Shown piece after piece: positions 53,177 to 64,000 of a DNA stretch of 64,000 bases (its first letter is position 1; every line of letters begins with the position of its first letter). A program made the translations under genes and the position numbers. The stretch is from Phoronis australis (taxonomy: Eukaryota > Animalia > Phoronida): NCBI GenBank assembly GCA_002633005.1, contig NMRA01000116.1, forward strand, positions 566,521 to 630,520, read 5' to 3'. The notes beneath the pieces are model-generated. The model was not told where the DNA came from, did not search any database, and saw only the letters and a program-made list of their open reading frames with translations.

Positions 53177-55572
53177 NNNNNNNNNNNNNNNNNNNNNNNN
53201 NNNNNNNNNNNNNNNNNNNNNNNNNNNNNNNNNNNNNNNNNNNNNNNNNNNNNNNNNNNNNNNNNNNNNNNNNNNNNNNNNNNNNNNNNNNNNNNNNNNN
53301 NNNNNNNNNNNNNNNNNNNNNNNNNNNNNNNNNNNNNNNNNNNNNNNNNNNNNNNNNNNNNNNNNNNNNNNNNNNNNNNNNNNNNNNNNNNNNNNNNNNN
53401 NNNNNNNNNNNNNNNNNNNNNNNNNNNNNNNNNNNNNNNNNNNNNNNNNNNNNNNNNNNNNNNNNNNNNNNNNNNNNNNNNNNNNNNNNNNNNNNNNNNN
53501 NNNNNNNNNNNNNNNNNNNNNNNNNNNNNNNNNNNNNNNNNNNNNNNNNNNNNNNNNNNNNNNNNNNNNNNNNNNNNNNNNNNNNNNNNNNNNNNNNNNN
53601 NNNNNNNNNNNNNNNNNNNNNNNNNNNNNNNNNNNNNNNNNNNNNNNNNNNNNNNNNNNNNNNNNNNNNNNNNNNNNNNNNNNNNNNNNNNNNNNNNNNN
53701 NNNNNNNNNNNNNNNNNNNNNNNNNNNNNNNNNNNNNNNNNNNNNNNNNNNNNNNNNNNNNNNNNNNNNNNNNNNNNNNNNNNNNNNNNNNNNNNNNNNN
53801 NNNNNNNNNNNNNNNNNNNNNNNNNNNNNNNNNNNNNNNNNNNNNNNNNNNNNNNNNNNNNNNNNNNNNNNNNNNNNNNNNNNNNNNNNNNNNNNNNNNN
53901 NNNNNNNNNNNNNNNNNNNNNNNNNNNNNNNNNNNNNNNNNNNNNNNNNNNNNNNNNNNNNNNNNNNNNNNNNNNNNNNNNNNNNNNNNNNNNNNNNNNA
54001 CTGACGAGGGTAAAAAAAAAACAAACTTAGTGGAAGAGCAACATACTTGGCGAACAAGTAATAATTCGTTTCTGCCTAAATTAGGTAAAATGACAACCAG
54101 AAAATCTTAACAAGCCACAGAGCTAACTGCTTATCAGTCTGAGGTCACCAGTTATGGCAAGCATATTGCTAGGTACATTACCGGTACAACAAAAGCAAAG
54201 TCACCGAGTTCATAATGTTCATGCGCATGATAAAGTATGCACTCAAGGTTAGAGTACGCTTAAAAAATGCTAGCGCAACCACACTTAGTTACATGCTTTG
54301 AGTATAATGATGTCCAGACGATTAGAACATAGCAGTCATAATTGATTAAGTTAGGAGTGGATGACTAGATGTCTAAATTACAATTCTACTTAACTCCTGT
54401 TCTTGAAATCTAAATAATGCAGAACTTGCTTGAAGTGTGCATCATATATTCAGGAATATTATGAAGTAGCAGTGCTGCCACATAATTGTCAATTGGCCGT
54501 TCCAATTTTCTCTTAGTTACAAGTAAATTAATTTGAAATGCTTTGTACCCTTACTAACAGCAAAATCTCATCAATTTAAAACACAATGTAAGAGACAATT
54601 GATACTTCATTTTCTCATTTTTTTCACACCGGACAAGTAGCACTAGAGTAAATTAAACACCTTAATTTAATCAAGTTCTGTACCATTGTTATCATCAGAA
54701 AATGAAAATCTCGAAAATTTACGGGCATTCAGAACTACGTTTGAAGCCAATGACACATGAAATAGGGAAATTCTAATAATTATTTTTGTCTGAAAATGGC
54801 GACATTTCACCATAGGCCCACCTATACTACTTTCACATGTCTGACATAAATGCAATGCCTAATGGTTTAGTTCTACCTTACCTTTTGATCGTTTTATTTA
54901 GTTTTGGCAGTACATACCAAGAATTGTACAACGACACTTGGCTTACCTCAAAATCCAGCTGCTGCCTGCTGGTTTGGTAATTAGTCCGGTTATGTTGAGG
55001 AGAACTAATGAGCAACGTTTTAGGATATAAAAGTAACATTTCTTATCCAATTTTCAAAATTCGAAAACCTAACCAGGTGAGCTTTTCACGAACTATTCAA
55101 ATAATTATGCTATTAACAAAACTTTCAAGACAAAAATTTGAAAACACAAATAGTCACCCCCAGTGTGCTTATGAAGGGTCTCATTATCTAGAGAATGATA
55201 ACATCAGCAGCCTGAGGTGATTTAATTAACCACAACAACCTTTGATCTAAACTGGCAGATTCTGAGGTGCACAAACCGGTTGAGCTGCCCAATCTCGACC
55301 GGTCAGGGTGTCAAAATAGGTCTCCTTTCATTATATTTATTTTCTTTAATTGCAGTTTATAGCAGTATTTCATTGCATGTTATCAGTTTAGGCTCACTAC
55401 TTTTTAATGGATCCACTCTCAAAGAGTTTGGTTGTAGTTATGTTGGTGTATTTTCATGCTGTGCTAATGAATAGCAGAAACTAAACAGCAATGCCATTTT
55501 AACATAATTTATGCTAATCAAAGTGTAATTGTATTCATTGACAACTTGTAAATATGAAATCAAAAAGTTCTG

Positions 55573-55835
55573 CAAATAGGTGACCTTTGCACTAATGATG
55601 TACCCCGCGGGCTCATACAGCCCGCGTCATGCAGTGTTATTCCCCAGCACCACATCACGAAACTTACTGGACATGGCTCAGTGATTTGCGGCAGATCATT
55701 TTCGCCACAAAACACGCTCTTACGAACATTTGCCAATATTCAACCTACTTCATATTCACATCCTCACTATAGGTTTCTAGCTAATTTGGTCAAGCAATCA
55801 TAGAAATAATGAATTACCCTGCAAGTTCCAAGTTA
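55573..55835. repeat. Dispersed repeat, inverted homologue of 13125-13383
   Basis: Starts CAAATAGGTGACCTTTGCACTAATGA. Confidence 0.75.
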
Positions 55836-56279
55836 AGGTTATGTAAGGTTATGCAAGGTTATGTAAGAACTCTTTACTGACAAGTCTGCATATTTATCCA
55901 AATATCCACAAAACTATAGATTTTAAACCAATCAAACTGTATATTTTCAGAAGTAAGAAGCCTGTTGAAATTGATTTTTAATTTTTTACCAATCTGCCAT
56001 TAATTGTGTCACATGATCATGTCTTCCAGTAAAATTTATCAAAAACCAAAGATATATGGCTAGCAAATCAATGGTATCAATAGTACGATCAAATTTCATA
56101 AATTATATAAATTATATAAAAACTAATGTTCAAGATCAGGTCTCAAAACCAACGTTTCAATGTTTATACCAGTTTATTTTCATTTTACGTAATTTCAGAC
56201 TTTTCTCACGAAGTTCTATTCTTTATAGTTAAAGTCTCATGGAAATAAGTTTTCAAAAATATCCTATTTGGTTACTCAT

Positions 56280-56940
56280 AGATTCTGTATAAGTTTTGAG
56301 TAAGTCATTCTTGTGTTTGCCTCAACAAACCTTTCTTCAATGCTTTGGCACATTTTCAATAGTTTTTCACCAATCTGAATTACTTTATTTGACTGAAGAT
56401 CGTATTTGATAGCAATTGTCTAACAGAAGATACCCAAGTATTTCTCCCATTCCGATCTAAATCAGCTAACATGTCATAAGCCACTTTAGCGTATCTAGTA
56501 GGTGGCATTTTCAATAACTTTAGCCAATATTTTACACACGTGACATAGTACTTGGCATAGAGCACAATTCCACATTCACCCAATACAGCTGCGCTTGAGC
56601 AAAAGTTTCCAACTCCAAGAGCAATTTTACAGAATTTAACATATACATTTTCGAGCCATTCGTATATTTTAAGTCCCCAGATTTCCACACCGTGGCACAT
56701 AGTTGGCACAGCAATTTTATCAAACAGTTCAAGTGATAGACTCGATGGTAATGCCGTGCACCGGCTTCTAATTTTAGAGATAGATATACCAGCTTTACTA
56801 CCTTGACCTGCCAGAGTTCTAGTCGCCTTAGACCAAACTAATTGATTTCCATAATACCACTTCTTATACGCACTGAGTGGCCCGCCATTTCTACAAACAA
56901 TGATCTTAGTTCTTTTTTCAGATTTACAATCATGCCTCAA
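56280..56940 (-). mobile_element. Degenerate LINE ORF2 fragment
   Basis: KTKIIV.RNGG-like, LELFDKIAVPTMCHGVEIWG, AVLGECG, VKYWLKLLKM, WVSSVRQLL; same type of post-RT region as 7701-8746. Confidence 0.8.
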
Positions 56941-58555
56941 AAGAGCAATAATTATTAAGACAGTTTAACATTCTTTGCAAATTAATTTGAGAGCTCGAAC
57001 ATTTGATTTGCAAGGAATATTATGAACTTAGGTCATGTTTTATGAAAGAAGTTCAATGGAAGCACCCAACTCAAGAATCCTGTATACGCCTGCTAGCTAA
57101 TCTAGATATATCTGTTGTTAAATATGTGTATTCTGCCCTTAAAAGAAGGGAACAACTCTTAAATGGATTGACTGCTTTGCAAATGACCCTGTTTAATTTT
57201 TGTTTATTTTACTTTGGGCCAGAGGCCTTTAATACAAATAAAGCTTGATTGATTGATTGATTGACTGATAACTATTTATGAGTCGAACGAATTTTATTTT
57301 GTGAAATTTCTCAATAAAAATAATGATAAAGAAAATTTTAGTTTATTACAAGTTAAGTTAAAATTACATAGGTGCAATAAAATCAAATTTGGGTAAGTTC
57401 ATGTTACTTGCATTAAAATGGTAATCACAGTTTTCCAAGTTGAAAATTGGTTATTTTGTGCATAACAAGAGAAAAATTACCACACATATGTAAACATGGG
57501 CTACAAAAACCAGTGAAAACAGTCCAGGAGTCTGTTACATAAGACAGAAATTCAGTCTTGCACTCCACACAACTCTTTCTAAAAATAATTATACCTCACT
57601 CAAGTAAAAGTGCACAGTCTCAGAGTATACACATAACTGATAATTACTGAGATAATTTCTATATTTTTTTCTAGAATGTGCTGTGCTCATAATTACTTGA
57701 CTAGATCTTTACTCAAAAAATTTTCAAGTGGAATCATGAGACCACATTTCTGTCTTAAGTCACTTTCATTGGAACGCATCTGTGAACTTTATATTCGTCA
57801 CAAGTCAGACATGATTTATTGAAAATTAACTTGAAAAGTACAATGACGTGAATTGAATTTGCTTAAATTATTCATATGTGCCATGACAAAACATTGAATT
57901 TTTAAAGACCTTAATTTTCTTTTTAGTTGAACAGAAATGATTTTCTACATGTAAAGCGTCCACATAACTAGTTACCCTAGGACTCCTGGAATGGGTTGTT
58001 GCTCGGTTTAGTAGAAATCTGGACACTATTTGCACGTGGCAACTCACCCCACCTGATCACCTGGTAGCGTGACTTGGTCTGGGTAATTTGCACCACTACA
58101 AGTGGTAGCGTGGATACAAAGCTGTAGACAAGGCCAAGTAATTACCAACTGTGCACTTGCCCATGTCACACACCAGGGTGCCCCATCTTTTTACCTCATA
58201 TTTGTCGATTGGTGTAGGTTATCTAGTGTGGACACTCAGTTGAACAGGGGCAAGTTGTTCTTAAGGGCAAGTTGCTCTAGGGTGTCTCATAGTGTGCACA
58301 TGACTTTACATCCTATAGATCACATTCTGCACATAGCTTTATACTTAGGGATACTTAGAGGCAAAATACGTTAATTACTGTAAGAGAGGACATTGACAAT
58401 TACAAACAATTTTCATTATTGCCTTACAGAATAAAATTTCTATGGTGGCTGTAACAGGACAGCACATGATTTTTCTCCAGTACCATTTCTTCAGATAGAC
58501 TCATCACCTCTGTAGATAAGACTCATTATCTCATCTTATACAATTAATGTCGCTT

Positions 58556-58715
58556 AGACTTACTAACTCTATCCATAGGGTTAATATCTCTATTGATAGA
58601 CTTACTATCCCTAGTGATACACTTACTAACCGTATCGATAGGCTTACCACAAACTCTAGTGACAGAGTTACTAACTATATTGCTATATTTACTAACTCTA
58701 TTGGAAGACTTACTA
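58556..58715 (+). repeat. About 21 bp minisatellite (GACTTACTAACTCTAT core), resumes at 61026-61088
   Basis: Units continue on both sides of the inserted TIR element; related inverted tract at about 62380-62500. Confidence 0.75.
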
Positions 58716-61025
58716 CCGTAATCGTTCGAGTTAACGCCCATGCTCAGTTAACCGCCCATCCCCAACTTTAAGTGGATTTTCGATTTAACCGCCCACTGCG
58801 CGGTTAAGCGCCCCCCTGCGATTTTTGAAGATCTCCAGTTAAGCGCCCACCTCTCGGTTAAGCGCCCATCCCCGACTTTTAAAGAATGAAGATTTAGCGC
58901 CCAGTGCTAAGGAAACGCGCGATTCCCCGACTTTTAGAAAAAGATCGACGATCACAATGAGTGCAACGACGCTGGGACTCCGAGACGGTGGTATAGCAAT
59001 CTGAATTACAATACAGGTAACAAGTTATTGTCTTGGGTCATGAACTCACTTCAAAATATAACACTTGAACCTTTTTGTCACTTTATTTTCTTCCCTTGTT
59101 TGCAAAGTTTAAGAACGCCGCCGGCGTCAAAACCTCCGCTTTCAGCGACTTTGTCTGCCGCGCTGAGTTTCCGTCTGCAGTGCACTATATAAAACATATA
59201 TTCGAAAAAATCAGGCCAGAGAAAATTGACAATGGTTTTGCCACAACTCACAACTCACGGAAAGAAGTCCAATTCTCAATATTTTGATGAATATAACTGC
59301 CGGATTATAGAGGATGTGGGGCGACCGAAGGGACTGTACAAGTGCCTTACTGGGTTACCGATTTCGTTGCTGCCTGTCGGTTTCTGAATTCGAACGTTGG
59401 CAATAATGTATGTTTGTGTATGATCTTGAAGTAATAAAAAAACGGCTAGTCAAATTTTGTTTTTCGCTTATTGCATCTCAGTCAAACTGGTTAGCAGATT
59501 TAACTAATGTCGCTGGCTGTTCTTTACTATTCTTGCGTCAGCCCCCACGTAAGCGTGACTGTGTGAATTATCGTTTCTACATACCCTTATTAGCCATCCA
59601 GAATAATTTTGTTTATACACTGGCCATTTTCAGCCTGAACAAAAATTCTTACCATTCGAGTCTGAAATATCTACGACGTAGACTGCTTGACGATAGTGGG
59701 TAGGAGATTCACATAGCTAGTTACAGGGATGGGCTTAGGGAGCATAGAGCTGGAAAATATGGCAATAGACTTGACATCGCAGTTTTGGGGAACATTGGCA
59801 ACGGAGGAATATCGTAAAGAACTGGGTCTTTCGTAACAATAGCTTAAAAGCACATAGTCAAGCCCGTTTTTGTTACTTCGGACTGTCGCTATGTGTGACT
59901 GATTTGCAGTGGTGCACGTGCGCAAGTTCCCATACTTTGGAGTGCATGTTACCTTGACACCAACATGTGATTGACAGGTGACTCACACGTAGGCCCTACG
60001 TGCGTGCTGAATACCGCCACTATCTTTGGCCATAAAAAACGAGATGCATATTGAAAGAGGCCGTTATACTTCTTGATGGCATTTCCAAGTCACGATTGTC
60101 AGCCGACCGAGACATTGCGCGATAACAGCGGGACCGAAGAGTGCCGCAGTGCGATATTACAAGTGATATAAATAGGATAATCTGGACATCTTGCATGAAA
60201 ATAAATGTTTTTCCACCACGAAGTTTGGTAAGGTGATTGTTTAGAATAATGAATTGAAACATTGCTGTTTTCTGACATTTTGTAACATATTTATGCAGTA
60301 GCTTAAAATTTTATTCTTGATCGACGACTTGCTCGACCACCCCCGATCCTTGTCTTACTTCTTTGCATAGCATGTTTGGTGCAACGGCAAGAGAGCAATG
60401 CCGGGCTGTCGAGATAAGACAGCTAGCTGCAGAACCATACGCTGAAAATGTCATTGAGTCACGGAGTGTTGACTATAACATCCCAATGACAAAAAACAAC
60501 AGAGTTAAGTTTTTCAAACTTTTATTACAACCAATTTTAAAACTGCTCTCTGAGTCGGAACTTGACAGCTACATATAGTACAAGACTGTAACCATAAATT
60601 TGATGTCTGACCTCTGCAACACGTGAAGCTTGCACGCGTGCACTTAAGCAGGGTCACATCTTAAAACAGTGGAGGCTGCGAGGTCACTGGTCGTCTGCAC
60701 ACCGCAGGACGGCACGGGGCTATTACTCAGCAGTTTTGTAAATTTAATAGTGAATGACTAATCTGAGGGCAAGAGAACCTTTGTTGGGATCATCCGCTGT
60801 TATGATGTTTTCACAGTCATTTGGTGACGTGACGATAAAGCTCTTTGAAAAGGGCTACGCGTTCCGAGTATGACTGTCGTGTCGGGATTTAGATCGCCAG
60901 GTAAGATTAACCGCCCAGGGCGGTTGTCTGTCGTAATAACCGCCCACTGCTCGGTTAACCGCATTCCCTCGATTTTTCGGATTCGCCAATTTAACCGCCC
61001 TGGGCATTAACCCGAACGATTACGG
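58716..61025. mobile_element. 2.3 kb non-autonomous TIR DNA transposon, copy 2
   Basis: TA-CCGTAATCGTTCGAGTTAA...TTAACCCGAACGATTACGG-TA; collinear with 41019-43350 but clearly diverged. Confidence 0.88.
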
Positions 61026-62987
61026 TAACTCTACAAATAGCATTACTATCTCTATCGATAAACTTACTAATCTTTATCAATAGACTTCCTTACAAGTAGA
61101 GGTGATCCACATTAAAAACCAAAGTCATCCAATGAACAGAGACGACAGGGTATACAAACTCACCAGACTGTAACATCCTATCATGGCGTTCCAAACGACA
61201 CCTGTCAGGAGAATATCACACTGACTTCAGATACACAACACTGAGGACGAAAATTTCTGTGGTAAATATTCTTTACTTTCTGGTGTTTTACGGAAAAATT
61301 GTCGACCGTTAGTACCCAAAAACCAAGATGAGCGTACTTGGAGACAATTGTGACTTACAAATTCTTCATATTTTAACATATTTCAACCATTGAGAGTAAT
61401 GTTCAGTGTTCTCTATGCATGAAAACAAATTAAGGAAATATTATTTTTTGTACTTTGTTAATTTCCGGGCTTGCTCCAACTTGTTCTACGCACCTTTAAA
61501 GCAAGTATTGCCAGAATACGGGAGTAATAAGTTCTTGATAGTTCCCAGAATTCATAATTTTTGATTGGTGGACGTACAATGTTTTTGTGGAACATGCAAT
61601 ACCTAATTTTCTACCAACGAAGACTAGAATAAAAAATTGTTTTAAGTGTACTTGCATTGTTGAAACTGCCATGCTACAACCGTTGAGGTCGGGAGATCTT
61701 AAACTTTCCTCAATAACAGGCATACTCTACTTTGTTCAATGCTCAAGGAAATTTCAGGAGCCAGCAGAAACCTCTCCGTTGGTAATTCACCATCACTGCT
61801 TTAGTCCCGATGATTGAAATGTTTTGCATGTCATAAGTATATTTAGTTTTCCAATAAAAACTGTGACGTTTTAAAAATCTTATTTTGGTAAATCCTTTCC
61901 GAAATGAAATGAGATCCATTGTTTTTCTTATTCACCCATGTTTTAGCTTTCAACCAAAATTCTCTCATAGTACAGTAAAACGTCACCAATTTAGCACAAA
62001 ATATGGCAGACAATTAACATTTTATTTCTTGTTTTTTCCCTTAAGAGCTCAGTGCATCAAATAAAAGCTTCACCAGTTCTAAGTTGTATAAAATAGTTAT
62101 CATCTGAGTTGATGTTTTTAGAAATTGTGGACACTCTCAACACAGCTTTGGAAGTTTTTGAGAACTGTTACACGGGCTATGTCCGAACTTGGTGAAATTT
62201 CACCCCACATGTATTTAAATTCTATGTAACGAACTACCAACAAATTTACTCCAGCAACCGACAGTGTGGTCTACACCATTGCAAGGTTACATTTGAACCA
62301 GTAACCAGTAGAGTATTTCAACAAAGATAGGAAGTCTTTGGATATAGATATCGTACTGTCTCTTGATAAAAGTTAATAAGCAATAGAGTTACTATTGATA
62401 GAGTAATTAAGTTTATCAACAGAGATAGTAACTTTATTGATGTAGTTTACAAGTATATCAATAGAGATGGTAAGCCTGTCAGACTCGATAGATATCATAA
62501 CGAGTTTGTCGGGAGAGAAAGGACTGAATGAAAAAATTCCTGTGCTGTCCTTATACAACCACCATAGATTTACGCCACAAGTGCTTGAACTAAAAGATCA
62601 AAACCAAACAATTGATGTTGTTTTTTAATTTCCTACAGGAAAACGATGCCAGGAGCAATGCAAGTACAGTTGATTTACAAAATGACATAAGACAGATCAA
62701 CATCGTATCTTTGATATAATTCAGTCAAACTGACCAAAAGATACAAAGTAAATGAGTCATGTAAGATTATCACAACGTTACAAGTCAACAATGTATACTC
62801 AGAACTATGTTTCTTTGGAATTGAAATGCTAACAATTGAACTATGAATCAAATCGCTAGAGCTTATAAAATTGAATATGTCAATCTCAATATGGCGTGGA
62901 AATATGTTGCAAACATTTAAGTCATGTCTGCACGCCATCTGTTGGCCACATCCTGTGACCTAATGAATACAAGTCCAAAAAGATTTC

Positions 62988-63061
62988 TGCCCCCATCGGG
63001 ACTTGAACCCAGGACCTTCTGCTAACCGTGCAGACGCTCTAGCCACTGAGCCATCGAGACC
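62988..63061 (-). pseudogene. tRNA-derived sequence (SINE head or tRNA pseudogene)
   Basis: A box TGGCTCAGTGG, B box GGTTCAAGTCC, anticodon stem TCTGC/GCAGA with loop ACGGTTA (no U33), imperfect acceptor stem, TTTTT shortly downstream. Confidence 0.7.
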
Positions 63062-64000
63062 ACCGGTCAAACACAGAAATCTAATCAAACTTAAATGTTT
63101 TCAACTTATAAAATTGGTCAGGTAATATTCCTTACCATGATAGCACTCAGTTTTTATTACCAACATCGAGACCATCAACAAGTTAGGAAAAGGTTTCAGA
63201 ATTAATTGTGGTTGGCCAATACTAAAATTGCGTAGTAAAAAATGGCGCATGCATCGCCTGTAACTTGAGATGTCAGACCATTCAGCATCAGGTCATGATC
63301 GGATAAGTGCCGTAATGTTTTAAACCCGGCCAAGAAGAATTCAACTTTGACAGGTAGAGCAGCCAAATACCATTGATAACACTTCCAGATTTAGTCAAAA
63401 TCAATACAATTGATCCCCAATGCAAAACAGTTGAATGTATGATAGTTTCAGAAAAGCATCGTGTCACGATATTTAATATAGGTCTCATCTTTAATCGCGT
63501 AATTATGTTTCACAGAGTATCGAAACAAGTGACCTCATTAGAGAAATGTTTAGAACACTAATTTTATAAGTCAATGAGTCATTTAAATGGGTTATATCTC
63601 GCTAAAGCCTTGATCGTGTAAATTAATTTTTGCTTTCAAACAACCCATGGTGTTCTAGTATCCTGAGCTCACTGAGAGTTAGCTGAAGTGAAAATTCTGG
63701 GTCTGTTTTCCAAGAATATTTTGTATCAAATTATGCAATGGTGACTGAAGGACCAAAGCCAGCCAAGTTGTTGAAAACAACTAATAAGTTAACTTGATGC
63801 ACCTCTGAGTCTTAAGATGGTGGTGTGGGTGTGGGTGTCATATTAAAGTCACACACAATGCAAATTAAATCACAAATTTCTAACTGGAATTATTTGGGTT
63901 AGCAGAGGTGAAACTTTCTGTTGAAGAAATCAATGAACTCTATTCAGTCCACGGTGTTATCAAATGTAATAACTACAAATCATAAAAAACAACGAATTCC

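Noticed and set aside
52945-54057. 370 aa and 290 aa ORFs
   Set aside because: Artefacts of translating through the N-gap
63131-63175. Possible ATP9 TM3 exon (LSAIM before gtaag)
   Set aside because: In-frame stop codons immediately upstream and no suitable acceptor

Overview
This is AT-rich animal (invertebrate-like) genomic DNA from a draft assembly, with two N-gaps and four single-N junctions. Most ORFs in the supplied track are spurious; the real genes are spliced and were rebuilt by hand from GT-AG exons. (1) The first six coding exons of PI4KA (phosphatidylinositol 4-kinase alpha) lie on the minus strand at 1-5097 and run off the left edge. (2) A complete 3-exon EXOSC4/RRP41 exosome gene lies on the plus strand at 5373-12907, head-to-head with PI4KA, with only 275 bp between the start codons. 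(3) The last 16 coding exons (about 724 aa) of an ATP9A/B-type P4-ATPase lie on the minus strand at 14867-35916, tail-to-tail with EXOSC4; its upstream exons were not found in the remaining 28 kb. (4) An intronless-CDS myosuppressin/DMSR (Srw-family)-like GPCR lies on the plus strand at 50288-51292, apparently nested antisense in that long intron. The rest is repeats: two adjacent long fold-back elements in EXOSC4 intron 1, a Helentron-like element with CTCF-like motifs in intron 2, two copies of a 2.3 kb TA-flanked TIR element, LINE fragments, a tRNA-derived element, satellites, and three tandem duplications that look like uncollapsed haplotypes. I found no convincing novel biological system. 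The best leads are the nested GPCR, the compact bidirectional promoter with an overlapping uORF, and the intronic fold-backs.
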